Assembly: GCA_013265495.1 (NCBI GenBank)
Contig: MU058441.1
Location: forward strand, 429,721 to 493,720
Direction: 5' to 3'
Origin: Vicugna vicugna
Taxonomy: Eukaryota
Length of the DNA: 64,000 bases
Below are positions 42,612 through 54,105 of the stretch, one piece after another; within the stretch, counting starts at the first letter, position 1, and the number at the start of each line of letters is the position of its first letter. Under the pieces are notes generated by a model. The model was not told the DNA's origin, made no database searches, and saw only the letters and a program-made list of their open reading frames with translations. The position numbers were made by a program, and so were the translations under genes.

Positions 42612-42920
42612 TACAGAAATGAACTTATTTACAAAACAGACAAAATTGCAGACATAGAAAGCAAACTTATGGTTATTGGGGGGAAAGTGGCGATGGGAAG
42701 AGATAAATTGGGAGTTTGGGATTTGTAGTTACTAACTACCATATATAAAATAGATAAACAACAAGGTCCTACTGTACAGCACAGGGAACTATATTCAATA
42801 CCTTGTAATGGCCTATAATGAAAAAGAATAAGAAAAGGAATATATATATGTAAATATGTAACTGTATCACTATGCGATATATATGAAACACAACATTGTA
42901 AATCAACTAGACTTCAATTA
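41685..42920. mobile_element. L1 insertion with 5' inversion (twin-priming type)
   Basis: Antisense ORF2 segment about 41690-42208 joined to a sense ORF2 end and 3'UTR about 42210-42920; imperfect flanking repeat TTAAACATAAAGAG / TTAAACAAAGAG. Confidence 0.7.
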
Positions 42921-45900
42921 AACAAAGAGAGATTTTATGATTGTGCCCTACTAAGTTCTGCCCATTCATACCAGTGGCAGGTTGATTATTATCTGACCTT
43001 TTGTTGTATCCACAGTCTGGCATAGCCAGGGAAACACTAGGTATGTGTGCCTTGCTGGGAAATTTTATTATGAAATTAATGGAAAGGGTTTCAAACTGCG
43101 GAGTGACATTTTGGGACACTCATCATAGTTTCTTTTTAAATTTTTAAAATTTATTTAATTTCTTTTTTTAAAGCTTTTTTTGGGGGGGTGGTAATTAGGT
43201 TTAATTATTTAAAATTTTTTTTTGGCAGGGGGAGGTAATTAGGTTTATTTATTTATTTTTTAATAGCGGTACTGGGGATTGAACCCAGGACCTCATGCAT
43301 GCGAAGCACACACTAACCCTACCCCAGCTGAGTTTCTGTGTCAATAGATTGGAGGAGACCAGTGGATTGGGCAGGGCAGTCACGAGGCTGTCATGCAAGT
43401 TCAGGCTGGATTAGGGCACTGCATGGGGTTAGGGATTAAGATTACCTTGGCACCCCCAGGCCCTACATCTCCACTGAGGATCCCTGGACACAATTATCTG
43501 CTGGGTATCAACATTTAGATATTAGAAGACAACCTCTGTCTCAACACGTTCAATCTGTCCTCATCTTCCTCCCCAAACCTGATCCCATTCCAATGTTCCC
43601 AATGTCTGTGAATCATTTTCTTTGTGTACTAGTTATGCAAGCCAGAATTTCGGAGTCACTTTTACCTCCTCCAACCTTTCTCAAGCCCTGTTGATTTTCT
43701 CCCTTAAATGCCTCTCAGATCCTTTATTTTCTCTGCCTCTCCACAATCTTTCCCCCTGTTGAAGCTGTCTGGGCTATTGCAGCAGGATCCTAATATGTCC
43801 GCCTTTGCCCAACTACTCCGACCTGCGTCCGATTCACTCACCGCACTAAAGTCGATTGATCTGAATTATTCAGGATTCTCATGGCTGGATCCATTCTGGT
43901 GCCTCTAGTTGAATGGCCCCGCTCTCAGCATACAGATGGTATCTGAGGGCATCGGAAGAGATGAAAGTGGCCAAGGATGGTTGTGTGAAGATGACCTCAG
44001 ACAGAATCCTGGGGGCACTGGCTGCACCTAGTTGCTAGATCTAGAAATAGCCAGGATGCTTGTGATCCAGTCCAGTCTCATCCACCCAAAAGGGAGTGTC
44101 CAGAATATCTAGCCAAATCAAGAAGTCTGCCCCTTCTCCACTGTATTTTTTTTTTCTCCTCTAAGCTTTATTACTGTAAGGCTTAGCGGCTCTGAGTCAC
44201 CCAAAGGACTCGCTCATCTGTCAGTCTGTTTCCATCCCCAGGTTTCTGGGAATTTGATCTCCCTCTATCCACAGTTTAACAAGAAGAGCCAGGTTGACAT
44301 CATTTTCCTGGGTGTAGTTGATTGCTTTAGAGATAAGCACCTGAGTGGGGCTGGCTAATTATTCCCAAGAACTTGGAAGTAAAGGCTGAGACTTCAGCTT
44401 GGCCTGATGAGATAAGGAGGGGTTCCTGTGTCCCCCGGAAGTGCTCTGGTCCCTGGTTCCAGCCTTGTCTCAGCCTGATCTTGAGGCTCAGCTATCTCTG
44501 CTGTTGAGTTCTGTGAGTAACCATAGGTTTCTTAAAATACAATTTCCTTCACAAATTTAAGCTGGCTTAAGTGGGTTTCTGTTACAGGGACTCAAAATAC
44601 TCCTTCTTGATGACTCTGAGGGAACACTGTTTAAATTCCTTTTTATATGCGTAAAGACAGCCTGCCGCTAGCCATAAAATTGTTTGTTTCTTCCTGGAGA
44701 AAAAACTAGAGATGACAGACTACATATTAAACAAATAAGCACAAAGTTCTACCCTCTTTGCAAAAGATAAATGTTGCAACAAAGGAAGAACTTCACTGTT
44801 TGTAGAATTCCTACTTGAGCTCTTTGACCGTAAGTCCTCTTCAGCTTTGCTTACTTAAATTTTATTGCTATTCAAGAATTAGAGGGGAAGGAGGTTGCCC
44901 TTGAACCTGCCTGCTTGTTTTTCCTGAGCCCAAGGTAGGTAGCCCTTCAGGAAGGTGGAGCGTCAGAAATCCTCAAAGGGGTGAAAAAAAATTTATCTCA
45001 GCTGTGGAGGGTTAAAACTTGCATGGACATTATTTGAATACCTCTTAGCTCTGATTTAGCTTGGGGATGGAGGGGAGAACGTTAGAAAAGCCTTCCACGT
45101 GTGTCTGTCCCTTTCTGCGTCCTGAAATTAAGCCTAGCTTATTGAGATTTTCTTGTTTTTTGGCAAAGACCTAAAGAAACTGGGGTTGGGACTCATTGTG
45201 GGGCTCGCTTTCCTGGAGGCTTGCTGGGGCTTGCTGAGGAGGTGGTCTTAGAAGGATGGAGGGGCGCTGGTTGGGGGGAGGCTGGTGGAGGGGTGTTGGG
45301 GGAGGGGCATGGGGGAGTTGTCCCTGTCTCCCCCTTGCTAGTCTTTCGGCTGTGGGAGGCAGCTCAGTTCCCGTTCTCCTTTTTTATTTGGTGGGGGAGG
45401 GGGGTAATTAGGTACTGGGGATCAAACCCAGGACCTCATGCATGCTAGGCAGGCACTCTACCACTGAGCTGGACCCTCCCGCCTTGAGTTCCCTTACATT
45501 ACAGCCCATAGGTGCTTGGAAGTACAGTTGGGAGAAACTTTGTTAGCTTTTCAATTGTATTCCTCATTTATTTCTTAATGTTCTTGTCCTTTGCATCGGA
45601 TAGTAGGGTTTTTAAGATTATGCTCTGACGCGGTTTCAGGAAATGTCCACGAAGTCTTTGACATTCTGTCCACTGAAAGGTGGTGGTGGTGAGGTCTGTG
45701 TTCTTCCCTCGCCTGGAACCTGGGCAGATTTGTAACTCACTTGTAATCAACAGAGTGTGATGGAAATGATGGAAATGTGAATTCTGAGACCAGGTCGGAA
45801 TAAATGCTTGCCCTTCAGCCTTGTTTCTGAAGTCTGAGCGCAGGTGGCAGAGAGGCCACGTGTAGGTGCTGTGGTCAGTATCTCCAGCGGAGGGCTCAGC

Positions 45901-47547
45901 AGACAGCCCACATCAGACGCCAGAGTGGGGAGTGAAGGTGTCTCCACGTGAGTCCAGCCTCTAGCAGTTGGGCCTTCCAGCCCTGGAGGCTTCCCAACGG
46001 AGGCCCCAGAGGTTGTGCAACAGAGACCGGCCTTTTCTGCTGGCCTCATCTGGATCTCTGACCCACAGAATCTGGGAGCAAATTAAGATGTTTGTTTTAA
46101 ACCTTTACATTTTGGGGTAACCTGTTCTAAAGCAATAATAATCAGTAAAACACACTCCTCAGCTGAGCCTCCCGCCCCTCTCTGTTCAATTAGAAGCTCG
46201 GAGGGCGGTAACTGAGAACTCATGGTCCCCGCGGGCCCACCGGCTCCCAAGAAGGAAAGAAAACGGAGGAGCCGAGTCAAGGGTTCCCTTTTATTCTTCC
46301 CCTAATTACCAGTGAGATTTCTCATTGCCCCAAGACCTGGACCTTTACATGGATGAAGCTTCCTCATCAAAGAAACATCAGGAGAAGGGACAAGTGTTCA
46401 CCTCTTTCAAGAGGGTATTTTACAGAGTTTATTCTACATCTTTCCACCCCCTCGAACTATTTCAGCTTACTCTTTTATTTCCTTTCATTTTCTTTTATTG
46501 TCATAATATAAATTATAGTAAAGTTAAAGGAATAAGTTATAATAAATTTAGGTTATATAATTTAAAAGTTATAAAACTTAGTTATAATAAAAGAATAAAA
46601 ATCCTTTTATTTGTTTTCTCTCATTTTAGGGTTTCTCTTCAAATGTCTCATGTTCCTTGGCTATCTCTTCCCACATGTGTGCGGAATTACAACTCTGGAA
46701 GCTGTGAGTATGCGGGCCTCATACAGGGAAATCGGTACGTGAAAGGGCTCTGTTGTTGGGTTTACCCTCACCTGTTAGTTAGAGCAAGAAGGGCTTTTCT
46801 CTGGAGGGGTTTCATTCTGCAGAAAAGGACTGTCCCGTTTCCTGCTTCAGTAGTCTGAGCTGCTCGCAAATCTAGGAGCAGGTTAGGGAAGGACTGAGGT
46901 CCCCATCACTTGGTGTCAAGTTTCACTTAATCTTCCTGTGTTCAGTGCAATACCTCACCCCACTCCCTCTACTCAACCTGGTCTCCCCAACCCTGGAACC
47001 TCTCATTTCTTCATAAGATAAGCCTCCTGTCTCTCGCAGTGTGGAAGGTGCCAGCCTGCAAATGTGGGATTCATGGGGGTTTAGTGGTCTGGTCTCTCAG
47101 TAACACACTTCCAAGTACCTCCTCATTTTAGCTTCCTGTCTCACCTACAGTTTTTGTGTTACCTTGAATCTCCAAGGGCTAAACCTTTCCAGGTTCTGTG
47201 AGGTTTAATTGGCTCATTTCCCAGTGGGCATCCCTCTTCAAGTTAGGAAGAATAAATTGCCCAAAGCTACACATGGAACTCAGGCTCCACCTCAGGTTTG
47301 TCCATCCTCAAATCTCCATATTTCTTATTTTATAAAACCAGAATAAAGCCTGATAATCTTAATTTCAGAATATGGATGCAGGATCCCTAAATGTTAACAA
47401 ACTCAATTTACCACAATATGGAAAAATATATACAAGGCAAGCAACTCAGGTCCTTCAAATGCCCAGAAGAAAAGATGAAGAGAGACCTACCAAGACACTA
47501 TCATGAAATTTCAGAACACTGGGGTGAAGAGATTTAAAAACTTTGAG

Positions 47548-48224
47548 CTGTTTGTATATTCTGGAAATTAAACCCTCATCAGTTGCATCACTTGCAAATA
47601 TTTTCACCCAGTCCATAGGTTGTCTTTTCAGTTTGTTTATGGTTTCCTTTGCTATGCAAAGCTTGTAAGTTTAACTGGGTCCCCTTTGTTTATTTTTGCT
47701 TTTATTTCTATTACCTTGGCAGACTGACCTAGGAGAACGTTGCTGGGATTTATGTCAGAGAATGCCTGTATTCTCTTCTAGGAGATTTATGGTGTCCTAT
47801 CTTATGTTTAAATCTTTAAGCCATTTTGAATTTATTTTTGTGTATGGTGTAAGGGAGTATTCTAACTTCATTGATTTACAAAACAGAAACAGACTTGTAG
47901 ACATAGAAAACAAACTTATGGTTCCCAAAGGGGAAAGAGAGGGGAGGGATAAATTAGGAGTTCGGGATTTGTAGATACTACTACACATAAAATAGATAAA
48001 TAATAATTTTATGCTGTGTAGCACAGGGAACTATATTCAATATCTTATAATAACCTGTAATGAAAAAATATGAAAAAGAATATGTATAGATGTATAACTG
48101 AATCACTATGCTGTACACCGGAAACTAACATAACATTGTAAATCAGCTATACTTAAAAAAAATTTTTTTGAGGGGGGAGGTAATTAAGTTTCTTTATGTA
48201 TTTTTAAGTAATTTTTATTTTCAT

Positions 48225-48259
<35 letters not shown>

Positions 48260-48363
48260 TTTTTTAGTGGAGGTCCTGGGGATTGAATCCAGGACCTTGT
48301 GCATGCTAAGCACACACTACCACTAAGCTATACCCTCCCCACTCAACTATACTTTTTCATTAG
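47548..48363. mobile_element. L1 insertion with 5' inversion and a SINE nested in its tail
   Basis: Antisense ORF2 about 47548-47880, sense 3'UTR about 47880-48155; flanks AAAAACTTTGAG / AAAAATCTTTGAG. Nested SINE bounded by TCAGCTATACTT (48143) / TCAACTATACTT (48343). Confidence 0.7.
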
Positions 48364-48854
48364 AAAAATCTTTGAGAGAGAAAAAGAGAGATGGAGATCG
48401 GGAATCAGATTTGGCTCTGCATTGGTTGATGAATAACACTGGAAGTTAAGAAGACAATAGAGCAATCCCTTCAAAATTCTGAAACAGAATGATTTTCAAC
48501 CTAGAATTCTCCACCCAGCTCAATTATCAACCCAACATGAGGGTAAATAAAGACACTTTCAGGTACACAAGATTGCAAAGCATTTCCCTCCCATGCATCC
48601 TTTCTGAAGAAGCTCCTGGAGGCTGTGCTGTAAACCAAGAGGAAGGCATGGGATACAACATACAGGAATCTGACACAGGAGAAAAGTAAAGGGAATCCTC
48701 AGGGCGAGGGTGATCGGAGATTCCAGGATGACAGCTGTACACTAGATGCAGAAGGAAACAAATTCAGGTTGAAGCCGTGCAACTCCAGAGAGAGACAGGT
48801 TGCGGGCTGCCGCCCCCATGAGCCCCACTACCGTCATGCAAACTTCCTTTGGTA

Positions 48855-49437
48855 TAATTTTTTAAAATTTTTATTTTTTTGATTTATAATGTGTTAGTTT
48901 CTGGTGTGCAGCATAGTGATTCAGTTACACACACACAGACATGCACATACTCTTTTTCAGTACAGGTTACTATAAGCCACTGAATATAATTCTCTGGGCT
49001 GTACAGTAGGACCTTGTTGTTTTATCTATTCTGTACATAGTAGTTTGTATCAGTCAATCCCAAACTTCCAGTTTATCCCTCCCTCCCTCTCCCCTCCCCC
49101 AACTCCAGTACCATAAGTTTGTTTTCTATGTCTATGAGTCTGTTTCTGTTTTGTAAATTAGTCATCTGTGTCATTTTTTAAGATTCTACATATAGATGAT
49201 ATCATATGATGTTTGTCTTTCTCTGACTTAATTCACTTAGTATGATGATCTCCAGGTCCATTGGTCCATCCACGTTGCTGCCAATGACATTATTTCATTC
49301 CTTTTTATGGCCGAGTAGTGTTCCATTGTATATATATACCACATTTTCTTTATCCATTCATCTGTTGATGGACATTTAGGCTGCTTCTGTGTCTTGGCTA
49401 TTGTAGAAAAGTGCTGTTATGAACGTTAGGGTGCACC
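48855..49437 (-). mobile_element. L1 3' fragment
   Basis: Antisense L1 3'UTR and ORF2 end; flanking repeat TGCAAACTTC on both sides. Confidence 0.75.
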
Positions 49438-50455
49438 ATCCTGCAAACTTCTAAATCAAGGATAAAATGCCCAGAGAGTCTGGCCCAGATTTTTCTCTGT
49501 ACTTCACCCACATGCTGATCACTCCTGCATGTCCTGCTGCCTGATCTGCTGTGCATACTGTCTAGAAATGTTCTGCTTTGACCTCTTCTAGGAGTTGGAG
49601 GGAAGTCACGGTCAGCAGAAAATCCAGAGCAGCCTTTCCCTCTGACTGTCTCCTGGCCGAACACCTGCAACCTGGCCTGTGCTACAGTGCTGCCACATGT
49701 CTTACCTGTGCTGACCCTGATGCCCTGTGTTACGCATCATCTTACTCAATGGTTTTCCCATAAAAGGCTCTTACAAATGCCCAAGGAAGCTGCAGCCAGA
49801 CCATGACCCAGAAACATTTCAGCTTATCTTCTCTTTCAACAGTGGCAGCATCGCCCTTTCCTTACCCTTCTTGACTGATGCTCGCCACTCAGATTTTCAA
49901 AACTGAGTACTATTTCAGGATGCATATATAGGCGGAAAACTGAAAGGAAAAATGGGACCGATCACCATAAAAGTGACACAGTGGTTAGCACTGGGGGGTG
50001 TAGAGAAGACGGCAATTGAGGAGGAATAAACAGAGGCTTGGAAAGGACTGGCTATGTTTTGTCTCTCAAACTGGGTAGATGACTGTTTGCTCCATTATTA
50101 CATTTAAGTTGCACAAATGATTTTTATTGCCTCTTTTATTTGAGTGATGCATTTCACAACAAACCACTTTAAAAATCAGGTGATGTTACTCAATAAGTGA
50201 GGAAATGAATGGGGATGTGCTGAACTAAGAGATGTTCATCCAGAATCTTTGAACAATGAAAACACCTGCAAAGAGAAAGGAGAGGAAGAGACATGTGTGT
50301 CTGGCTCTTACTGTTGCAGGGGACAGAGACTTGCTTAATTTAACTCAAAAAAGGAGAGGGAGGTTGTTCTGAGCCTACATGTGGCATAAACTGAAGGATA
50401 AAACTTAGAAACCTTTTCACTCTCCCTACAGGCATCTCTGTGTCTGTCTGCTCTG

Positions 50456-50512
50456 TCCCCTATTGGCTATATAGTAAACCTCCTCCGAGTTTACTATATA
50501 GCCAATAGGGGA
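50456..50512. repeat. Perfect 24-bp inverted repeat with 9-nt loop
   Basis: TCCCCTATTGGCTATATAGTAAAC (50456-50479), loop CTCCTCCGA, GTTTACTATATAGCCAATAGGGGA (50489-50512). Confidence 0.95.
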
Positions 50513-51264
50513 TAGTAATAGCTACATAGTAAACCTCCCCCAAGTTCTTTGGCATAAAACAGCAGTCATCATTTATTTATTGGCTCATAAGTCTGTGATT
50601 TGGGAAGGGATTGGCAGGAACAGCTCATGTCTGCTCCATGAAGTGTTGGCTGGGTCAGCTGGCCTGGGGCTGGAGGATGTGGATGGCTTTACCCATATGT
50701 GTGGCTTCTCAGCTTAGGTGTCTAGAACAGCTAGGGGCTGGCTGGACCAATCTCTCCAGCAGGGCTTCTTTACCTGGTGACTCAAGGCTCCAAGAGAAGT
50801 AAAGCAGAAGCTGTCAGGCCCCTTAAGCACTAGGTCCAGAACTGGCACTGTGTTGCTTCTGCTGCATTTTGTTGGCCAAAGTTAGTTCATACTATGGGAG
50901 GAGAAATAGACTTCACCTCTTGATGGGTAGGTAGTGTGGTGCTTACAGAGATGGGAAGGACACTTACAGACTTTTTTTTTTGCCAGAGGGAAGTAATTAG
51001 GTTTACTTATTTTTTTTAATGGAAGTACTGGGGACTGAACCCAGGACCTTGTGCGTGCTAGGCATGTACTCTACCACTGAGCTATACCCTCCCCCAACTT
51101 GGGGGCTATTTTTGGAGACAATTTGCCGTATCTTTTCTCCCACCACATACTTTTGATTTGCATATAATTTTAGTTTGCTGGTGCCTTACCTCCACTCATG
51201 TTTTTCTGTCACCTCCACTTTATTGCTAACTAGCAAATTCTTTTTGTGTTTTTAGGTTCAAATT

Positions 51265-51922
51265 CTTTTTTTTTTTAATTTTTTAATTTTTTTAAATTTT
51301 TTTTGCATTTTTTATTGATTCATAATCATTTTACAGTGTTGTGTCAAATTCCAGTGTTCAGCACAATTTTCCAGTCATTCATGGACATATACACACTCAT
51401 TGTCACATTTTTTTCTCTGTGATTTATCATAACATTTTGTGTATATTTCCCTGTGCTATACAGTGTAATCTTGTTTATCTATTCTACAATTTTGAAATCC
51501 CAGTCTATCCCTTCCCACCCTCTACCCACCCCGTAACCACAAGTCTGTATTCTCTGTCCATGAGTCTATTTCTGTCCTGTATTTATGCTTTGTTTTTGTT
51601 TGTTTGTTTGTTTTTGTTTTTGTTTTTTAGATTCCACATATGAGCGATCTCATGTGGTATTTTTCTTTCTCTTTCTGGCTTACTTCACTTAGAATGACAT
51701 TCTCTAGGAGCATCCATGTTGCTGCAAATGGCATTATGTTGTCGGTTTTTATGGCTGAGTAGTGTTCCATTGTATAAATATACCACCTCTTCTTTATCCA
51801 GTCCCCTGTTGATGGACATTTAGGCTGTTTCCATGTTTTGGCTATTGTAAATAGTGCTGCTATGAACATTGGGGTGCAGGTGTCATCCTGAAGTAGATTT
51901 CCTTCTGGATACAAGCCCAGGA
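51265..51922 (-). mobile_element. Young L1 3' fragment (ORF2 C-terminus plus 3'UTR) immediately upstream of the ALOX15 segment
   Basis: ORF 51627-51914 translates to the L1 ORF2 end (DTCTPMFIAALFTIAKTWKQPKCPS...ILSEVSQKEKEKYHMRSLICGI); long poly-T head on +. Confidence 0.9.
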
Positions 51923-52103
51923 GGGAGAATGATTTCTTTCAATTATCAAAGAGCATTAAGTCAGTAGTGTCAAGGGGCCACTGGACTTCAGTCTCTGCTT
52001 TGCGGAGAGACCTGGGACCTTGCCTGCTTTGCAGCCCTTCTCTCCTGCGGGGACGGACCCCCACTGTCTTCTGATCCTGCCCTTCCCTGTTCCTTCCCTC
52101 TAG

Positions 52104-53989
52104 CTCCTCATCCCCCACCTGCGATACACCATGGAAATCAACATCCGGGCCAGGACTGGGCTGGTCTCTGACTTTGGAGTTTTTGACCAGGTATGAGGAG
52201 AGAAAGGCGGATCCTGGAGTTTACACTCCCCCTGCGTGTGGCAGGTGGATTTGTCTGACCCACTGGCCTTGCTCCTCAGGTGGTGAGCACAGGTGGCAGC
52301 GGCCACGTGGAGCTGCTCAAGCGAGCGGGAGCCTTTCTAACGTATAGCTCGTTCTGTCCCCCGGATGACCTGGCTGACCGAGGCCTCCTGGGAGTCAAGT
52401 CTTGTTTCTACACCCAAGATGCCCTGGGGCTCTGGAAAATCATCTCTCGGTGAGGCAGGGGGCAGACACATCTGGGGTGGGGTGGGGATGGAGGCTGGGA
52501 GAACAGGAGGTCTGTGCGCCAGTTTGGGGGCGGTGAGCCCCGGCCTGGCTGTGCCCACGAGGAGCAGAGGGCCGGCGGGCCCCCTGTCAACCGCAGCCCT
52601 CTTGCCCTGGTCCCTGCGCTGGCAGCTACGTGGCGGGAATTGTGAGTCTCCACTATGAGACGGACGAGTCTGTGAAAGAGGACCTTGAGCTGCAGACCTG
52701 GTGTCGGGAGATCACTGAGGTTTGGCTGCTGGGGGCCCAGGACCGAGGTGAGATGAGCCCAGAGATCTCCCACACGAGAGATTCCTCCTGGGAACCCCCA
52801 AAATCCTCTCTACTTCTATGGAAACATTCAGAAGCATTTCCAACCGCTACAAAAACACCCAAAGCCTTCCCAAATTTCTTTTGCTCTCAACTAGAGACAG
52901 GTCCCCATCCTGTACACGGATGCAGTGGGACCAGTGGTTGTGTATAAACGTTTAACAACTGGCTCTCTAGGGGGAAATATGCCCTAATTTGTAGCCTTTG
53001 CCCATTTCCATGGTGTAAATATTCACACCGAGGCTTCCAAGGGGATGTCAGCCAGCCTGCTACATATCTGCACATTTGCCATCATTGGCTCTTGTGAGCC
53101 TGTATGAGCCACATCAGGACCCTGTGGGTGGGACCCACTCAGCAGAGCTCCCCACTGCCTCCACCCCAACCCCTGCTCATGGCACGTCCCACAATAGTTA
53201 CCAAGAGTCCTTGGCGTCCTTCTCGCGTCTCTTGTTCTCCCCCTCGGTCCCTCTGAGCTCTGCCTCCGTCCCTGGCCTCATAGCTTCTAACTCTCCCTCC
53301 CCACTGCAGGGTTTCCCGTCTCCTTACAGTCCAAGCACCAGCTTTGCCACTTCGTGACTATGTGCATCTTCACCTGCACTGGCCAGCACTCCTCCAGTCA
53401 CCTGGGCCAGGTGCTTATCACGGCAAGCAGCCGGGCATTTTCGCCTGGAGTGGGGAGGGCCGCTGTGGGAAGGTGGGCCGCGGGATTTCCGTGCTTAGCA
53501 GACACTGACGGTAGCTATCCGCCCCTCCACAGCTGGACTGGTACGCTTGGGTCCCTAACGCGCCCTGCACGATGCGGCTGCCCCCGCCAACCACCAAGGA
53601 TGTGACACTGGAGGTGGTGATGGCAACACTGCCCAACTTTCATCAGGCTTCTCTCCAGATGTCCATCACCTGGCAACTGGGCAGACGCCAGCCCATTATG
53701 GTGAGAGCCTGGTGCCCGGGTCGCAGGAAAGCGGGTGGATGCAGGGAGGTGTGGCACCCCAAACTGAGCATCAGTCCAGCTCTTAGCTGCCTTTTCCCCT
53801 CCATTCCAGGTGGCTCTGGGTCAGCATGAGGAGGAGTATTTTTCAGGCCCTGAGCCCAAGGCTGTGCTGAAGAAGTTTAGGGAGGAGCTGGCTGCCCTGG
53901 ATAAGGACATTGAGATCCGGAACGCAAAGCTGGACTTGCCCTATGAATACCTGCGGCCCAGCCTGGTGGAAAACAGTGTGGCCATATGA
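52104..53989 (+). pseudogene. ALOX15: 5'-truncated ALOX15 (12/15-lipoxygenase) segment: exons 9-14 with introns, open frame; exons 1-8 not found in the window
   Basis: Exons 52104-52190, 52280-52449, 52626-52747, 53310-53410, 53533-53700, 53810-53989, all AG/GT. Protein [35 protein letters not shown]...[36 protein letters not shown]...[50 protein letters not shown]...ENSVAI*. The 168-nt exon 13, HxxxH ligand and ENSVAI end indicate ALOX15 rather than ALOX12. Identity is confident; pseudogene status is inferred. Confidence 0.85.
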
Positions 53990-54059
53990 GCACCCCCAGC
54001 CTTTGGCTGCTTCAGTCCCCTTCCAGCCAAGCCACACCCACCGCTTAGTGCTGTCAGTC

Positions 54060-54105
54060 TTGCCCGCCCCGAGCCCCATCCTCTTCCCAACTCCCACCCT
54101 CAAAG
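54060..54105 (+). promoter_or_regulatory. DICE-like CU-rich element in the ALOX15-segment 3'UTR
   Basis: GCCCCATCCTCTTCCCAAC and TCCCACCCTC resemble the CCCCRCCCUCUUCCCCAAG differentiation-control repeat of ALOX15 mRNAs. Confidence 0.45.

Noticed and set aside
46325..46858. 177-aa ORF
   Set aside because: Non-ATG start, low-complexity AT-rich middle, no homology or exon structure recognised.
52104..53989. Calling the second lipoxygenase ALOX12E/ALOX12P2 or a processed pseudogene
   Set aside because: It has introns, and its residues ([45 protein letters not shown]) match ALOX15 as recalled.
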